64,000 bases of DNA from a bacterium (lineage in GTDB: Bacteria > Electryoneota > JAOADG01), in assembly GCA_963681965.1 (NCBI GenBank), contig OY820579.1:416001-480000 (forward strand). Reading direction: 5' to 3'. The notes beneath the pieces were generated by a model, which made no database searches, had not been told where the DNA came from, and saw nothing but the letters and a program-made list of their open reading frames with translations. Shown piece by piece: positions 1 through 9,211 of the stretch. Positions within the stretch are counted from its first letter, which is position 1, and the number at the start of each line of letters is the position of its first letter. The position numbers and the translations under genes were made by a program.

Positions 1-2615
1 ATTTCGAGTTGTTGTTCACCACGATACTGCCGATTCAGCACCAAACTTCGTTGGTTCGCAACAAGCGCTTTTTCGAAGTGGCATTGCTCCAACTCGAACA
101 TTCCCGCTTTGTTATAATAGACTACTGCCTGCGCCCATTCTTCCGCTTGGTCGAAATGAGTCGCGATATCGAACCATTGTTGATAATCATCTTCAAAGAG
201 GTGCACCATCGTATCGGCAGCAAGTTTGTGTAATTTGCGTACCTGTTTCTTGAGTTGCATTTCATAAGCGGCATCGCGCAATAAAATATGACTGAACAAA
301 TAGTGCAATTCATGGATCGCATTCCAGATGTGTTCCTGCTCTCCGGTTGCAAGCTGTTTCGAAAGTGTCGCACTTTTACTTTTTCGTTCCGATACCAGCG
401 ATTTTAGCATTTCTGCCAATACTTGCACGGCAAATTCTCGACCCAGTACGCTGGCGGTATGCACTACTTGCTTCAAACCCGACTGCAATCGGTCGATTCG
501 CGCGACTAATATCGATTGAATTTGTGACGGGAGTTCTTGTGCCGATTCCGAAAGCGTGAAGCGGTTCCCGACCAATTTGAGTTGATTCGTTTCCCGCAAA
601 TAGAGCGCAAGCTGTTCGCAATAAAATGGATTTCCTTGTGAACGCTTGAAGAGATAGTCACTCACTGACTCGGTAATCTCCGATCCGAGTAAGTTAACAG
701 TGAACGCAGAAATTTGTTCGGGGGAAAGGGCATTTAAATCAATTTCGTCGACCGCTACATCATGATCAAGTCTAAGTCGAGGCTTGCTCCCATCGTCGGA
801 ATATCGCGAAGTGACGATCATTTTGAATGGAATCGCTTCGGCGTGTCGCGTTAGAGTAGCAACAACTGCTTTTGATTCATCGTCGAGCCAATGCAAATCT
901 TCCAGAACGAGTACGACGGGTTGAAGCTGACAATACGCTTCGAGAAGGGATTTGATGGCAAACCGTACGACCGTGGATCGCTCTCGCGGGATAATATTCG
1001 CGTAATTTGACCCTTCCCACGCGAGTCCGACCATACTAGCGATGATCGATTCGATTCGAATGAGTTCCTGCTGGAGCGCTGGTGCAATCGAACGACACCG
1101 GTCGGCAAATTTGATCCATTGCTCGCGAAAATAGCTGCGGCGTTGCTCGATTGAATCGATCTCACCGCTGGTAAAAGTATGGCGAATCCATTCGACGAAC
1201 GGATTCAGCGGATTTTGAAGAATCGGATCGGTAGACAACGTTATAACTTGCGCACGATCCGAAATAGCTTGAGCAAATTCAAAGATCAGGCGTGATTTGC
1301 CTTGTCCCGCTTCACCGTAAAGATAGGTAACAGATGCGAATCTTCGATCCTTCCAAATTGCCTCCGAAACAGCTTCCAAGCGTTTCAATTCGGTATCGCG
1401 ACCGATCATTTTCGTTAAATACCTCGGCGCTGCTTGCGATTTTCGAAGTTGAGTAACGCGATAGACCGGGATCGGATTAGAAAACCCTTTGAAATCGTAT
1501 TCTCCAAGTTCGGCAAATTGCCACCGATCCTTAGTCGATTCGAAAATGCGCTGTCCGCACCATACCGCTCCAAACTCGGCATTCATCATCATTCGCGCGG
1601 CAAGATTTACCGATAAACCGAGAGCAGTATATTCGCAACGTCGTTTTGAGCCGACGATACCGGCAAAGGCAGTCCCTTGTGTAAGTCCGATCCGGACGAC
1701 ATTAGCGTACTCATCGCGAATCGTCGTCGCGAATTCGAGGGCACGATGCGACATCTTTTCCAGTGCCGTTGGCGCACCGAATAGAACCAGGATGACACAC
1801 CCTTTGTCACTCACATCGACTTTATTGAAATAGCCACCGAAGCGATCCGATAACGTCAGAATGTGCTCGATTTTTTTCGCATCAATTCGATTCAGGTTGA
1901 TAAAACAAGCGACGATATCGCGAAATTCGCCGGAAGTTTTTTGCGACAATATTGAGCGTGGAACGAACCGTGTATTTACCGCTCGAATATTGTGTCGATG
2001 TTTACTTGGTGGGATTGCACCATTGGTCAATTCACGGAAATCATTACTCAGCTTTTTAGTATTGACTGCCCCGGGATATGGTAACGATTGCAATATACCC
2101 TTTGTTACAACGATCGAATTTAACTGGGCGACATTTTCCGAAATTACTGCCGCTTCGATTGCGAATCCAGAGTACCAATATGTTGCTTGAGGTCGCGAGG
2201 GGAGGATTTGCCACGATACGGTACCCATACCAATTCCGATGCGAACCGAAACGCGAAATTCGCCGAATGGTGTTGTTCGTAATCCATGTTCACGAAAGAA
2301 ATCGCGAATATCGATGGCGGCACCGAGGACATCGTGACCGTTGGCATCGCGTTTTGGAAAGATGGCAGTGAAGGCATCTCCGGCAAAGCTTGCAACGAAC
2401 CCGCCATGTCGTTCAATCGCATCGATTGCCGGAGTAAACAAAGCATTGATCGTGTCGTTAAGGATCTCGCTACCTTCTTTACCGCTCATCATCAATGCAT
2501 TTGTCAACGCAGTAAAACCACTCAGATCGACAAACATGGCGTGACCAGAAAATTTACCGCGATGACTAGACAAGTGGATGAACTTTTGTATCGGTAGTGG
2601 TGAGAAGAACGGCAT
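1..2615 (-). CDS. Class III adenylate/guanylate cyclase (soluble-AC-like, two cyclase domains) with P-loop NTPase domain; 3' end runs off the window
   Basis: Absent from the ORF track because there is no stop in the window. Manual translation from ATG 2615 (GAGG RBS) gives MPFFSPLP...AMFVDLSGFTALT...GKEGSEIL...FAGDAFTAIF, a second cyclase motif DKGCVILVLFGAP (~1770-1810) and Walker A YGEAGQGKSRL (~1290-1320). Confidence 0.85.
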   Translation of the reverse strand, partial: MPFFSPLPIQKFIHLSSHRGKFSGHAMFVDLSGFTALTNALMMSGKEGSEILNDTINALFTPAIDAIERHGGFVASFAGDAFTAIFPKRDANGHDVLGAAIDIRDFFREHGLRTTPFGEFRVSVRIGIGMGTVSWQILPSRPQATYWYSGFAIEAAVISENVAQLNSIVVTKGILQSLPYPGAVNTKKLSNDFRELTNGAIPPSKHRHNIRAVNTRFVPRSILSQKTSGEFRDIVACFINLNRIDAKKIEHILTLSDRFGGYFNKVDVSDKGCVILVLFGAPTALEKMSHRALEFATTIRDEYANVVRIGLTQGTAFAGIVGSKRRCEYTALGLSVNLAARMMMNAEFGAVWCGQRIFESTKDRWQFAELGEYDFKGFSNPIPVYRVTQLRKSQAAPRYLTKMIGRDTELKRLEAVSEAIWKDRRFASVTYLYGEAGQGKSRLIFEFAQAISDRAQVITLSTDPILQNPLNPFVEWIRHTFTSGEIDSIEQRRSYFREQWIKFADRCRSIAPALQQELIRIESIIASMVGLAWEGSNYANIIPRERSTVVRFAIKSLLEAYCQLQPVVLVLEDLHWLDDESKAVVATLTRHAEAIPFKMIVTSRYSDDGSKPRLRLDHDVAVDEIDLNALSPEQISAFTVNLLGSEITESVSDYLFKRSQGNPFYCEQLALYLRETNQLKLVGNRFTLSESAQELPSQIQSILVARIDRLQSGLKQVVHTASVLGREFAVQVLAEMLKSLVSERKSKSATLSKQLATGEQEHIWNAIHELHYLFSHILLRDAAYEMQLKKQVRKLHKLAADTMVHLFEDDYQQWFDIATHFDQAEEWAQAVVYYNKAGMFELEQCHFEKALVANQRSLVLNRQYRGEQQLE

Positions 2616-2891
2616 TAGATCCTCAAGAAACAAGATGTTTTGGTTTATACCGACAGATAGTACTTAAAGTTTCAAATAATTATTCCTGATTTTCGCATGA
2701 TCAATAAACATAAATTCTGCACATTTTGCCACTCTTTTACCTGATTTCGATAGTTCAAGCCGAGTGCTTTGTAAAAACTGGATTGACGACAATGGTGTGT
2801 ATCTGAAACTGAAATTCAAGATCTCCGCGACACCTGATGAGAAGACATAAAGTACGATATTGGATTTCTAGTGCAAAATTTTATTGGGTGG

Positions 2892-3156
2892 CTGATCGTG
2901 TTGAAGCAGAAATCCATGAAAATCGAAAGTCCGTTAAGTACGTTGCAGATCGCGAAGCAGGAAAAACAATCCGCCATCCAGCAAGTCGAGCGGGCGATTG
3001 AACTTGCTACTCGCTTCGTTGTAGGGTCAGTCAAAAAAGCTGGTTTTTCTCTATTCGTCCATTGACACCATCACTATCGTGTTTGCAGGAAAAACCTCGT
3101 TTAGCAAAGTGATTCTGCGCAGCGGTTTCGGCAGTCAGGTCGCGATGGCGGGATGA
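2892..3156 (+). pseudogene. Degenerate copy of the 3' end of the serine recombinase gene
   Basis: Aligns by eye to ~5551-5829 (LKQKSMKIESPLSTLQIAKQEKQSAIQQVERAIELATRF vs LKQESVKIESQLCTLQNAKQEKHSALQQVERAIELATRF). Has an internal deletion/frameshift and ends ...GGCAGTCAGGTCGCGATGGCGGGATGA. Confidence 0.85.
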
Positions 3157-3560
3157 TACAGGAACTTGATAACCGATCATAATCAACATTCACGACACCA
3201 ATAGTAATATAGATTTTTTATATCACTATTTCTTCTCTGTTTCCATTGCGTCCACCAATCGGTTCAGACAATGGACGACTGGGATGTCCTAAGGTTGAGT
3301 AATCAATATAATTACCACTGTAATTCAGAGTTTTAAGTATGCATCTGTTTATGAGAGTTCGGTAAGTACAAGAAATATTTGTGCGGTGGTTATCGATCCC
3401 CTCCCGATGTTTCTTTGCCCACACCCTGAGCAACTCTGCTATCGTCTCAATCATAATGTGTCCAACCTAAAAAGCGCTAAGGTAACTCGGAGTCCGACGG
3501 CAAAATGTCCACTTTTTTCAGATCGCTCCCATCTGTATTAATAAAGGGGGTCAAATCGAA

Positions 3561-3779
3561 ATGGACATTCCAACGAAAAAGCAAATCAAACCAAGAACTT
3601 CGGTGCTGGTCGAAGTTCATGGCTGTTTGACGAATTTAACACTCGAAAGGGAACTTCCCCTAAATGGACGACGAGTTTTGCGACATTTGTCGAAGAGCGA
3701 GCAATGTAACTCATCCCAGAAGAACCAACTTGACTTTTTTGATTTGATTGGAGATGGCGAGGAGGATCAATGCAATTGA
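3561..3779 (+). CDS. Small hypothetical protein, first gene of the recombinase operon
   Basis: AAGGGGG upstream; overlaps the start of the next ORF. Confidence 0.45.
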   Translation: MDIPTKKQIKPRTSVLVEVHGCLTNLTLERELPLNGRRVLRHLSKSEQCNSSQKNQLDFFDLIGDGEEDQCN

Positions 3780-4024
3780 TCTTCGAACCTCGCGCTCAAT
3801 CTCGTTCAGAGGTCGAGGTGAGTGTCGTCTTCACGTCGCAACCTCCCACGGATGCTGACCGCAAATTGCAGAATAGTGGAATGAATTTGTTTGCCCAATG
3901 GTTGACGCGACACCTTCAGAAGCCGCGTACCAAAAGGCTTACGCTGATTGTTGAATTTGACTTCTCGCTGTTTTCATCGCAATGTGTCGATGGAATTATG
4001 ACAGGAGGTCAGGCGATACAATGA
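3770..4024 (+). CDS. Small hypothetical protein translationally coupled to the recombinase
   Basis: GGAGG RBS; its stop overlaps the recombinase start as ATGA (4021-4024). Confidence 0.55.
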   Translation: MQLIFEPRAQSRSEVEVSVVFTSQPPTDADRKLQNSGMNLFAQWLTRHLQKPRTKRLTLIVEFDFSLFSSQCVDGIMTGGQAIQ

Positions 4025-5829
4025 GAGCAAACTCAATATCCGGAAGTAAACTTGCCGTCGGCTACTTACGTCGCTCCACCGACCGGCAAGAGCAGTCGAT
4101 TGGCGACCAGAAGCAAGCTATCGAACTTTACGCAGCGAATCACGATTTTGAAATTCTGGAGTACTATACCGACGATGCGATAAGTGGCGCGACGTCTTCC
4201 GAGCGTCCAGCTTTTCTAAAACTGATAAGCGATGCGAAGCAAATGCACTGCCCGTTCAAGTTTGTGCTGGTATATGACATCAAGCGATTCGGTCGTGTCG
4301 ATAACGATGAGGCGGGGTTCTACCGTCACCAACTTAAAACTTGCGGAACCGAAATCATATACGTTTCGGAAGGATTGAACGGTGACTACTCAGATGGTTT
4401 GGTGCTTGGTGTCAAACAATGGCTTGCAAGACAGGAGTTAATTGATCTCAGTAAAGTGACTGTGCGCGGTCAGCTCAGTCGTGTTGATGCGGGTTGGTGG
4501 GCAGGCGGAGTTCCTCCGTTCGGTTACGACTTGGTGTATTACTCCAGCAGCGGTGAGGTCGTACGCATCGTCCGGTTCATGCCCAATGGCACTCGTGAGT
4601 TGCTCAATCAGCATGGTCATGTTGAGCGAGTACTTCCCAAGGGTGAAGTGATTCCGTCCTCCAGCCGCGACCGATCCAAATTGACTTTGAGTTCACCAGA
4701 TCGCGTAGAACTCGTCAAACGCATTTTTTCGATGTACTTGCATGACGGTTTTGGTTACAAGGGGATAGCGATACGCTTGAATCGCGAAATGCAACCTGCT
4801 CCTTTCGGCAACAATCGATCTTCGCTGAGCAACGAGGGGTGGTGCGTATCAACGGTAGCGTCGATTCTAAAAAATCCCATTTACACCGGCGACATGGTTT
4901 GGAACCGCACAAGCTTCGGAAAATTCCATCGAATCGAAAATGGCTGTGCAACTGCGATAAGATCAATCAAGCCGTTGACCCACCAGTACAACGATTCCTC
5001 AAATTGGATCGTCGTCCCTGAAACGCACCCGGCGATTATCACTCGAGCAGAATTTGATAATGCGCAAGTGAAACGGGAAATCGGTATTTCTTCCGGAGTT
5101 GGGAACGGTTGGAATCGGGGGTACGGTGTTAACTCGCCATTCCTTTTGACTGGTCTAATCGAATGCCTGAACTGCGGTCACAACTTCGTCGGGTACGCAA
5201 TCCACCAAGGTCGGCAGCGTCCTGGGCGCGTTCGCCACAAGAACCATTACTACGTTTGCAACGGGTATTTGACGAAAGGGAAAGACCACTGTCCCCGGCA
5301 TATCATCCCGAAAGACGAACTCGAGAAAAGGATTTTGCGGGAACTTGGGAAGCTGCTGCGCAAACGGTTCGCTACACCGGAAGGGCGTGCGGAACTGCGC
5401 CAGAGCATCGAGAACCTCAGCTACGAGCGGAATCCACAACTCGAACGCGAGATCGAGCGGTTGGAAAAACGGTTGCCGACAATTCGGCAGACAATCTCAA
5501 ACCTTGTCGACAGTCTCTCGCCGACCACACGGGAGTTTGTTGAACCCCGATTGGTCGAGCTGAAACAGGAGTCGGTGAAAATCGAGAGTCAGTTGTGTAC
5601 GCTGCAGAATGCGAAGCAGGAGAAGCACTCCGCCCTGCAGCAAGTCGAACGGGCGATTGAGTTGGCAACTCGCTTCGAGGAAGTATTTGAAGAGGGGTCG
5701 GTCGAAGAGAAGCGGGTCTTCCTGAATTCGTTCATCGACCGAATAACAATCGAGTTCGAAGGTTCGACCGCCGTCACCAAAGTGATTCTACGTAGCGGTT
5801 TCGGTAGTCAGGTCGCGATGGCAGTATAG
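4021..5829 (+). CDS. Large serine recombinase (resolvase + recombinase + zinc ribbon + coiled coil)
   Basis: AGGAGG RBS before ATG 4021; catalytic YLRRSTDRQ..S...Q; DIKRFGR; GG.PPFGY; ILKNPIYTG; zinc ribbon LTGLIECLNCG...YYVC...C. Confidence 0.95.
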   Translation: MRANSISGSKLAVGYLRRSTDRQEQSIGDQKQAIELYAANHDFEILEYYTDDAISGATSSERPAFLKLISDAKQMHCPFKFVLVYDIKRFGRVDNDEAGFYRHQLKTCGTEIIYVSEGLNGDYSDGLVLGVKQWLARQELIDLSKVTVRGQLSRVDAGWWAGGVPPFGYDLVYYSSSGEVVRIVRFMPNGTRELLNQHGHVERVLPKGEVIPSSSRDRSKLTLSSPDRVELVKRIFSMYLHDGFGYKGIAIRLNREMQPAPFGNNRSSLSNEGWCVSTVASILKNPIYTGDMVWNRTSFGKFHRIENGCATAIRSIKPLTHQYNDSSNWIVVPETHPAIITRAEFDNAQVKREIGISSGVGNGWNRGYGVNSPFLLTGLIECLNCGHNFVGYAIHQGRQRPGRVRHKNHYYVCNGYLTKGKDHCPRHIIPKDELEKRILRELGKLLRKRFATPEGRAELRQSIENLSYERNPQLEREIERLEKRLPTIRQTISNLVDSLSPTTREFVEPRLVELKQESVKIESQLCTLQNAKQEKHSALQQVERAIELATRFEEVFEEGSVEEKRVFLNSFIDRITIEFEGSTAVTKVILRSGFGSQVAMAV

Positions 5830-5855
5830 GCGTTCCGTACAGCGATGAGAAAGGG

Positions 5856-5886
5856 CGAGGTTGGGTTTCCAGCCTCGTTTTCTTTT
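5856..5886 (+). terminator. Intrinsic terminator after the recombinase
   Basis: CGAGGTTGG-gttt-CCAGCCTCG followed by TTTTCTTTT. Confidence 0.6.
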
Positions 5887-5983
5887 GTGCCCAAGGTTTG
5901 GATACCAAGTCCAGATAGGTCGCGCTGAGGGGCGCAGTAAAGTGATTTTCAAATGCGATGGTGGGCAATCGACGCCGAGCTGG

Positions 5984-6075
5984 TCGACCGAATGAAAATG
6001 GATTCGAAGGCAAGACCGCCGTCACCTAGGTGATTCTACGCAACAGCTTCGGTAATCAGGTCGCGATTCAGGTAA
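5984..6075 (+). repeat. Third, short degenerate copy of the recombinase 3' end
   Basis: TCGACCGAAT...TTCGAAGG...GACCGCCGTCACC..GTGATTCTACG...TCAGGTCGCGAT matches ~5735-5829. Confidence 0.85.
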
Positions 6076-6122
6076 GTTTAATCTTAACTTAAACGAGGCA
6101 ATTGAAATATATGCTGTACAAG

Positions 6123-6698
6123 TTAATTATGAAGCTCTTGGGGTAAGAAGGCGTTGATTTCGTCTTTCGAAAAAGTCATCTCTTGGTCTTTTTGAAGTGC
6201 CTTTTGCGCTTTCTTGTATGCTTTCGATGTGGTACTGGGAGCCCCAGAATATACCGATCCGAGCTCAGAAATTAGCTCATCTCTGATTTGAGTTATGCTC
6301 TCGATGCTCTCCGATTCACGTTTTACGTCACCGATTAGTGAGGTCAACTTTTCGCGAATCAGCCAGAGTTCATTGGCAGCTTGTTTATGTTTCTGAGCGA
6401 TCTCACCTAAGTCGTAGTTTTTTGTGTAAGCGGTAAGAACTAACAAAGTGACTGAAATCAACAGCCCAACGATAGTCGTAATATGCGACTCACCGAAAAT
6501 TGTACCGATGAAACTTGCAGTAGTTAGAGCACTCAGAATAATCTGCAGGAGTTTAATACTCGCAAGTCTTGACAAAAGGATTTCGGCACATTTTTCATGC
6601 GTTTTGTGTGAATACACAACTCGCCCAAAGCACTCACGGATTTGGGCACCCACGATTGAATATCCATACTTCGGGTCATTCTGGGAATATGGTTCCAA
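6123..6698 (-). CDS. SLATT-family 2TM effector of a CBASS-type system
   Basis: IRECFGRVVYSHKTHEKCA motif, two hydrophobic helices, C-terminal APSTTSKAY..AQ.AL...E.TFS..EI..FLP. Likely TTG start at 6698 with GGAG RBS, overlapping the nucleotidyltransferase stop. Confidence 0.85.
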   Translation of the reverse strand: MEPYSQNDPKYGYSIVGAQIRECFGRVVYSHKTHEKCAEILLSRLASIKLLQIILSALTTASFIGTIFGESHITTIVGLLISVTLLVLTAYTKNYDLGEIAQKHKQAANELWLIREKLTSLIGDVKRESESIESITQIRDELISELGSVYSGAPSTTSKAYKKAQKALQKDQEMTFSKDEINAFLPQELHN

Positions 6699-7557
6699 AA
6701 ATTTCTCTCCACTTTTGTTTTGCAGACCATTCATGTTTTGGGGAAGCAGATTCATACCCAATTGCTTCGACCGATATGTTGTAACATCTCGTTGATTTGT
6801 ACTGAAAGTTTCCTTTCTTGTATACCCATTGCCCACTTCCAGGTGCGCGCCAATAATCTTGTTGTTCGTTTTGGTTAGCCATATAGCGAAAAAAATCTCG
6901 ACACATATAGTCGTAGTAAAGGTAGGATTTGTCTCTATATTCGTAATTTTCGATAAATTGATATGCCAAGGTGTCGATTAATAAGCCACCAATTGGAACT
7001 TCCCACTTTCTTTTCCATGCGCGCATCATTCGACAAAGTGGGATTAAATTGTAATTACAAGCTTTATTTCTGTCTCGAATAGCTTGAATTTCTGGTTTCG
7101 GGTCAGTATGCTTCCATTTTCCACCGTTGTTAGTATCCGGATACATATAAGTACCATTCTTACAAACAAAAGCGGGAACAATCTCAAATGTCAAGTTATC
7201 TGTGAACGCAATCACCAACACTTGCCCATCAGCACCTGTCGTTGTGGTTGGATATGTTTTCTGCAATGAGCTTCGTACAGCTTGCAGTAAAGCAGACTGC
7301 CCGTTACCTGCATAACTATTGAATTGTTCGTAAGTGGTATAAGGAAGTTCGTATATCATATCCAAGTCACTAAACCCTTGGATAGCGGTATTTCTACCGT
7401 AAGAACCGACGTATAGACTATGGGCAGAATCGGAAGATGTAGACCAAAAATCAGAATTCAGGCACCGAGTTATTCGTTTGTATCTGCTTGAGATAGATTC
7501 AACGTCCTTCACTTGAAGGTTTTTATTGAAAGTTTCGAACCACTCCGCCAAACCCAT
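6676..7557 (-). CDS. SMODS / cGAS-DncV-like nucleotidyltransferase (CD-NTase)
   Basis: Pol-beta motif VGSYGRNTAI..FSDLDM; FEIVPAF; YPDT..GG.W..T.P; RMMRAWK; C-terminal W..IFG..FP. Adjacent to SLATT gene. Confidence 0.9.
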   Translation of the reverse strand: MGLAEWFETFNKNLQVKDVESISSRYKRITRCLNSDFWSTSSDSAHSLYVGSYGRNTAIQGFSDLDMIYELPYTTYEQFNSYAGNGQSALLQAVRSSLQKTYPTTTTGADGQVLVIAFTDNLTFEIVPAFVCKNGTYMYPDTNNGGKWKHTDPKPEIQAIRDRNKACNYNLIPLCRMMRAWKRKWEVPIGGLLIDTLAYQFIENYEYRDKSYLYYDYMCRDFFRYMANQNEQQDYWRAPGSGQWVYKKGNFQYKSTRCYNISVEAIGYESASPKHEWSAKQKWREIFGTIFPE

Positions 7558-7642
7558 TTTTCCCTCGAAGTCGAACTTACTTGAGTTGTTGACAGTTCTA
7601 AGTTTATTTGCCTCTCTAAATTCCCGAATGTGTTGAAAAGTA

Positions 7643-7675
7643 CAAAAAAAAAGACCTGCTCGACAAGCAGGTCTT
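7643..7675 (-). terminator. Intrinsic terminator downstream of tRNA-Met
   Basis: Minus strand AAGACCTGCT-tgtcg-AGCAGGTCTT followed by a T run. Confidence 0.8.
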
Positions 7676-7687
7676 CAGTAATATCCG

Positions 7688-7761
7688 TAGCGGGAGAGGG
7701 ATTCGAACCCCCGACACGTGGATTATGATTCCACTGCTCTAACCAACTGAGCTACCCCGCC
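7688..7761 (-). tRNA. tRNA-Met (CAU), probably elongator; CCA not encoded
   Basis: Reverse complement GGCGGGGTAGCTCAGTTGGTTAGAGCAGTGGAATCATAATCCACGTGTCGGGGGTTCGAATCCCTCTCCCGCTA forms a cloverleaf with CAT anticodon. It lacks the initiator GGG/CCC anticodon stem; Ile2 is not excluded. Confidence 0.93.
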
Positions 7762-7966
7762 GAGGTTCTGCAAATATATAACACTTCACCGCGGAACGCA
7801 ACCATCCGTTTAGCACTGAAAAACCATCAAATTATCCGCTACTAACACATGGTGGCAGCCCGGTTAATGGCAGTTATCGATTTAAATGATCCCAATCATC
7901 CGGCTTTTTCTCCCTCCCTTTCATATCCCATTGCAATCCCTTAAAAAACCTCCGATATTGTAAGTT

Positions 7967-9211
7967 ATGATTCCTCTTGAGTATCAATCCTTCGGACTAG
8001 CGATTTTCCTCGGTGCATTGATCGGTACCGAACGCCAATTTGCCGCTGGCGAAGCCGAAAAATATTTCGGCGGTATCCGCACTTTTGTGTTTGTATCGAT
8101 GGGTGGTGCCGTTGCTGCCTTCATTAACGACGCCCACGTCCCCGGCTTCTTCTTACTCTCATTCGCCGGATCGACCATTCTCGTCGCCGTTAGCCATGTC
8201 ATCGCAATCTTCCGCGGCAGCGACGAAGGAACGACCACCGAGATGGTCACACCAATAGTGTTCGGTCTGGGTGGACTCTGTTGGTGGCAATACTACAGCC
8301 TTTCCATCGCACTGGCAATCGCCGTGCTCGTATTCCTTTCGTCAAAACGGTTATTGCGATCACTTACCATGCACCTCTCCTACGAGGATATCCGGGCTTC
8401 GGTAACATTGCTGGTGCTGACATTCATTATCCTCCCGATCGTGCCCAACCGCGGAATGGGTCCGTATGATGCGTTAAATCCCTATCGTATCTGGCTCTTC
8501 ATTATTCTCGTCGGAACCCTGTCATTCGCAGCTTATATCGCTTTACGTGTCTTCCGCCAGACCATGGGTGTGATCGTAACCGGTCTATTGGGTGGTATTG
8601 TTTCTTCCACAGCAGCAACGATGACGCTTTCACGCCAATCGAAAGACACTCCCGAACACGCCGATACGTTTGCGACTTCCACCGTCATTGCATCGGCAAT
8701 CGTGCCATTGCGCGCGATGGTGTTATCACTGTTTGTCGCCCCACAACTGTGGGACCGCGTTATTCAAATCGTCATACCAGGACTACTTATCGGAGCGCTG
8801 ATCTCCTTCCAACTGCTACGACGACACGGTGAACATGTCACTTCGCTGAAATTGAATAACCCGTTCCGCCTGAAAGTCGCGCTGAATTTTGGTCTACTTT
8901 TCGGTATCGCAACGCTACTATCCCGAGTGGTGGTGGAATTAACCGGTGCCAGCGGTGTATTGCTTGTAGCCGCATTTTCCGGATCGGTTTCGGTTGATGC
9001 CGTGGTGCTGTCATTAGGCGACTTCATCAGTTCCGGTTTGCCTGAGAAATTCCTGATCGGCGGTGTTGCGATCGCAATTTTTGCCAATTGTATACTTAAA
9101 GCAGGTATTGCTCGATTTGTCGGAACCAGAACCTATTGGCGAAAAACAATACCGCTAGTCCTGTCTATCGGTTCTTCTACGTTGATTCCATTGATTTGGC
9201 TGCTTCGTTGA
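7967..9211 (+). CDS. MgtC/SapB family membrane protein with DUF4010-type C-terminus
   Basis: GALIGTERQ, GGIRTF, GTTTE, LNPY.IW, GGIVSSTA.T motifs; polytopic. Confidence 0.85.
   Translation: MIPLEYQSFGLAIFLGALIGTERQFAAGEAEKYFGGIRTFVFVSMGGAVAAFINDAHVPGFFLLSFAGSTILVAVSHVIAIFRGSDEGTTTEMVTPIVFGLGGLCWWQYYSLSIALAIAVLVFLSSKRLLRSLTMHLSYEDIRASVTLLVLTFIILPIVPNRGMGPYDALNPYRIWLFIILVGTLSFAAYIALRVFRQTMGVIVTGLLGGIVSSTAATMTLSRQSKDTPEHADTFATSTVIASAIVPLRAMVLSLFVAPQLWDRVIQIVIPGLLIGALISFQLLRRHGEHVTSLKLNNPFRLKVALNFGLLFGIATLLSRVVVELTGASGVLLVAAFSGSVSVDAVVLSLGDFISSGLPEKFLIGGVAIAIFANCILKAGIARFVGTRTYWRKTIPLVLSIGSSTLIPLIWLLR

Larger units (their letters stand above)
2892..7620. mobile_element. Putative integrative/defence island downstream of the tRNA-Met 3' end (boundaries approximate)
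   Basis: Contains a large serine recombinase, recombinase remnants and AT-rich CBASS genes, lies next to a tRNA, and lacks the CGATCG motif common elsewhere. No att direct repeat was found. Confidence 0.6.

Noticed and set aside
3218-3454. 78-aa minus-strand ORF as a definite gene
   Set aside because: No recognisable motif and AT-rich; more likely a decayed cargo fragment.
2620-3560. Duplicated tRNA 3' end marking the island's far att site
   Set aside because: No copy of GTAGCGGGAGAGGGATTCGAA or a similar segment found by eye.
6699-6836. Longer N-terminus of the SLATT ORF
   Set aside because: Deep overlap with the nucleotidyltransferase; TTG at 6698 has a GGAG RBS.
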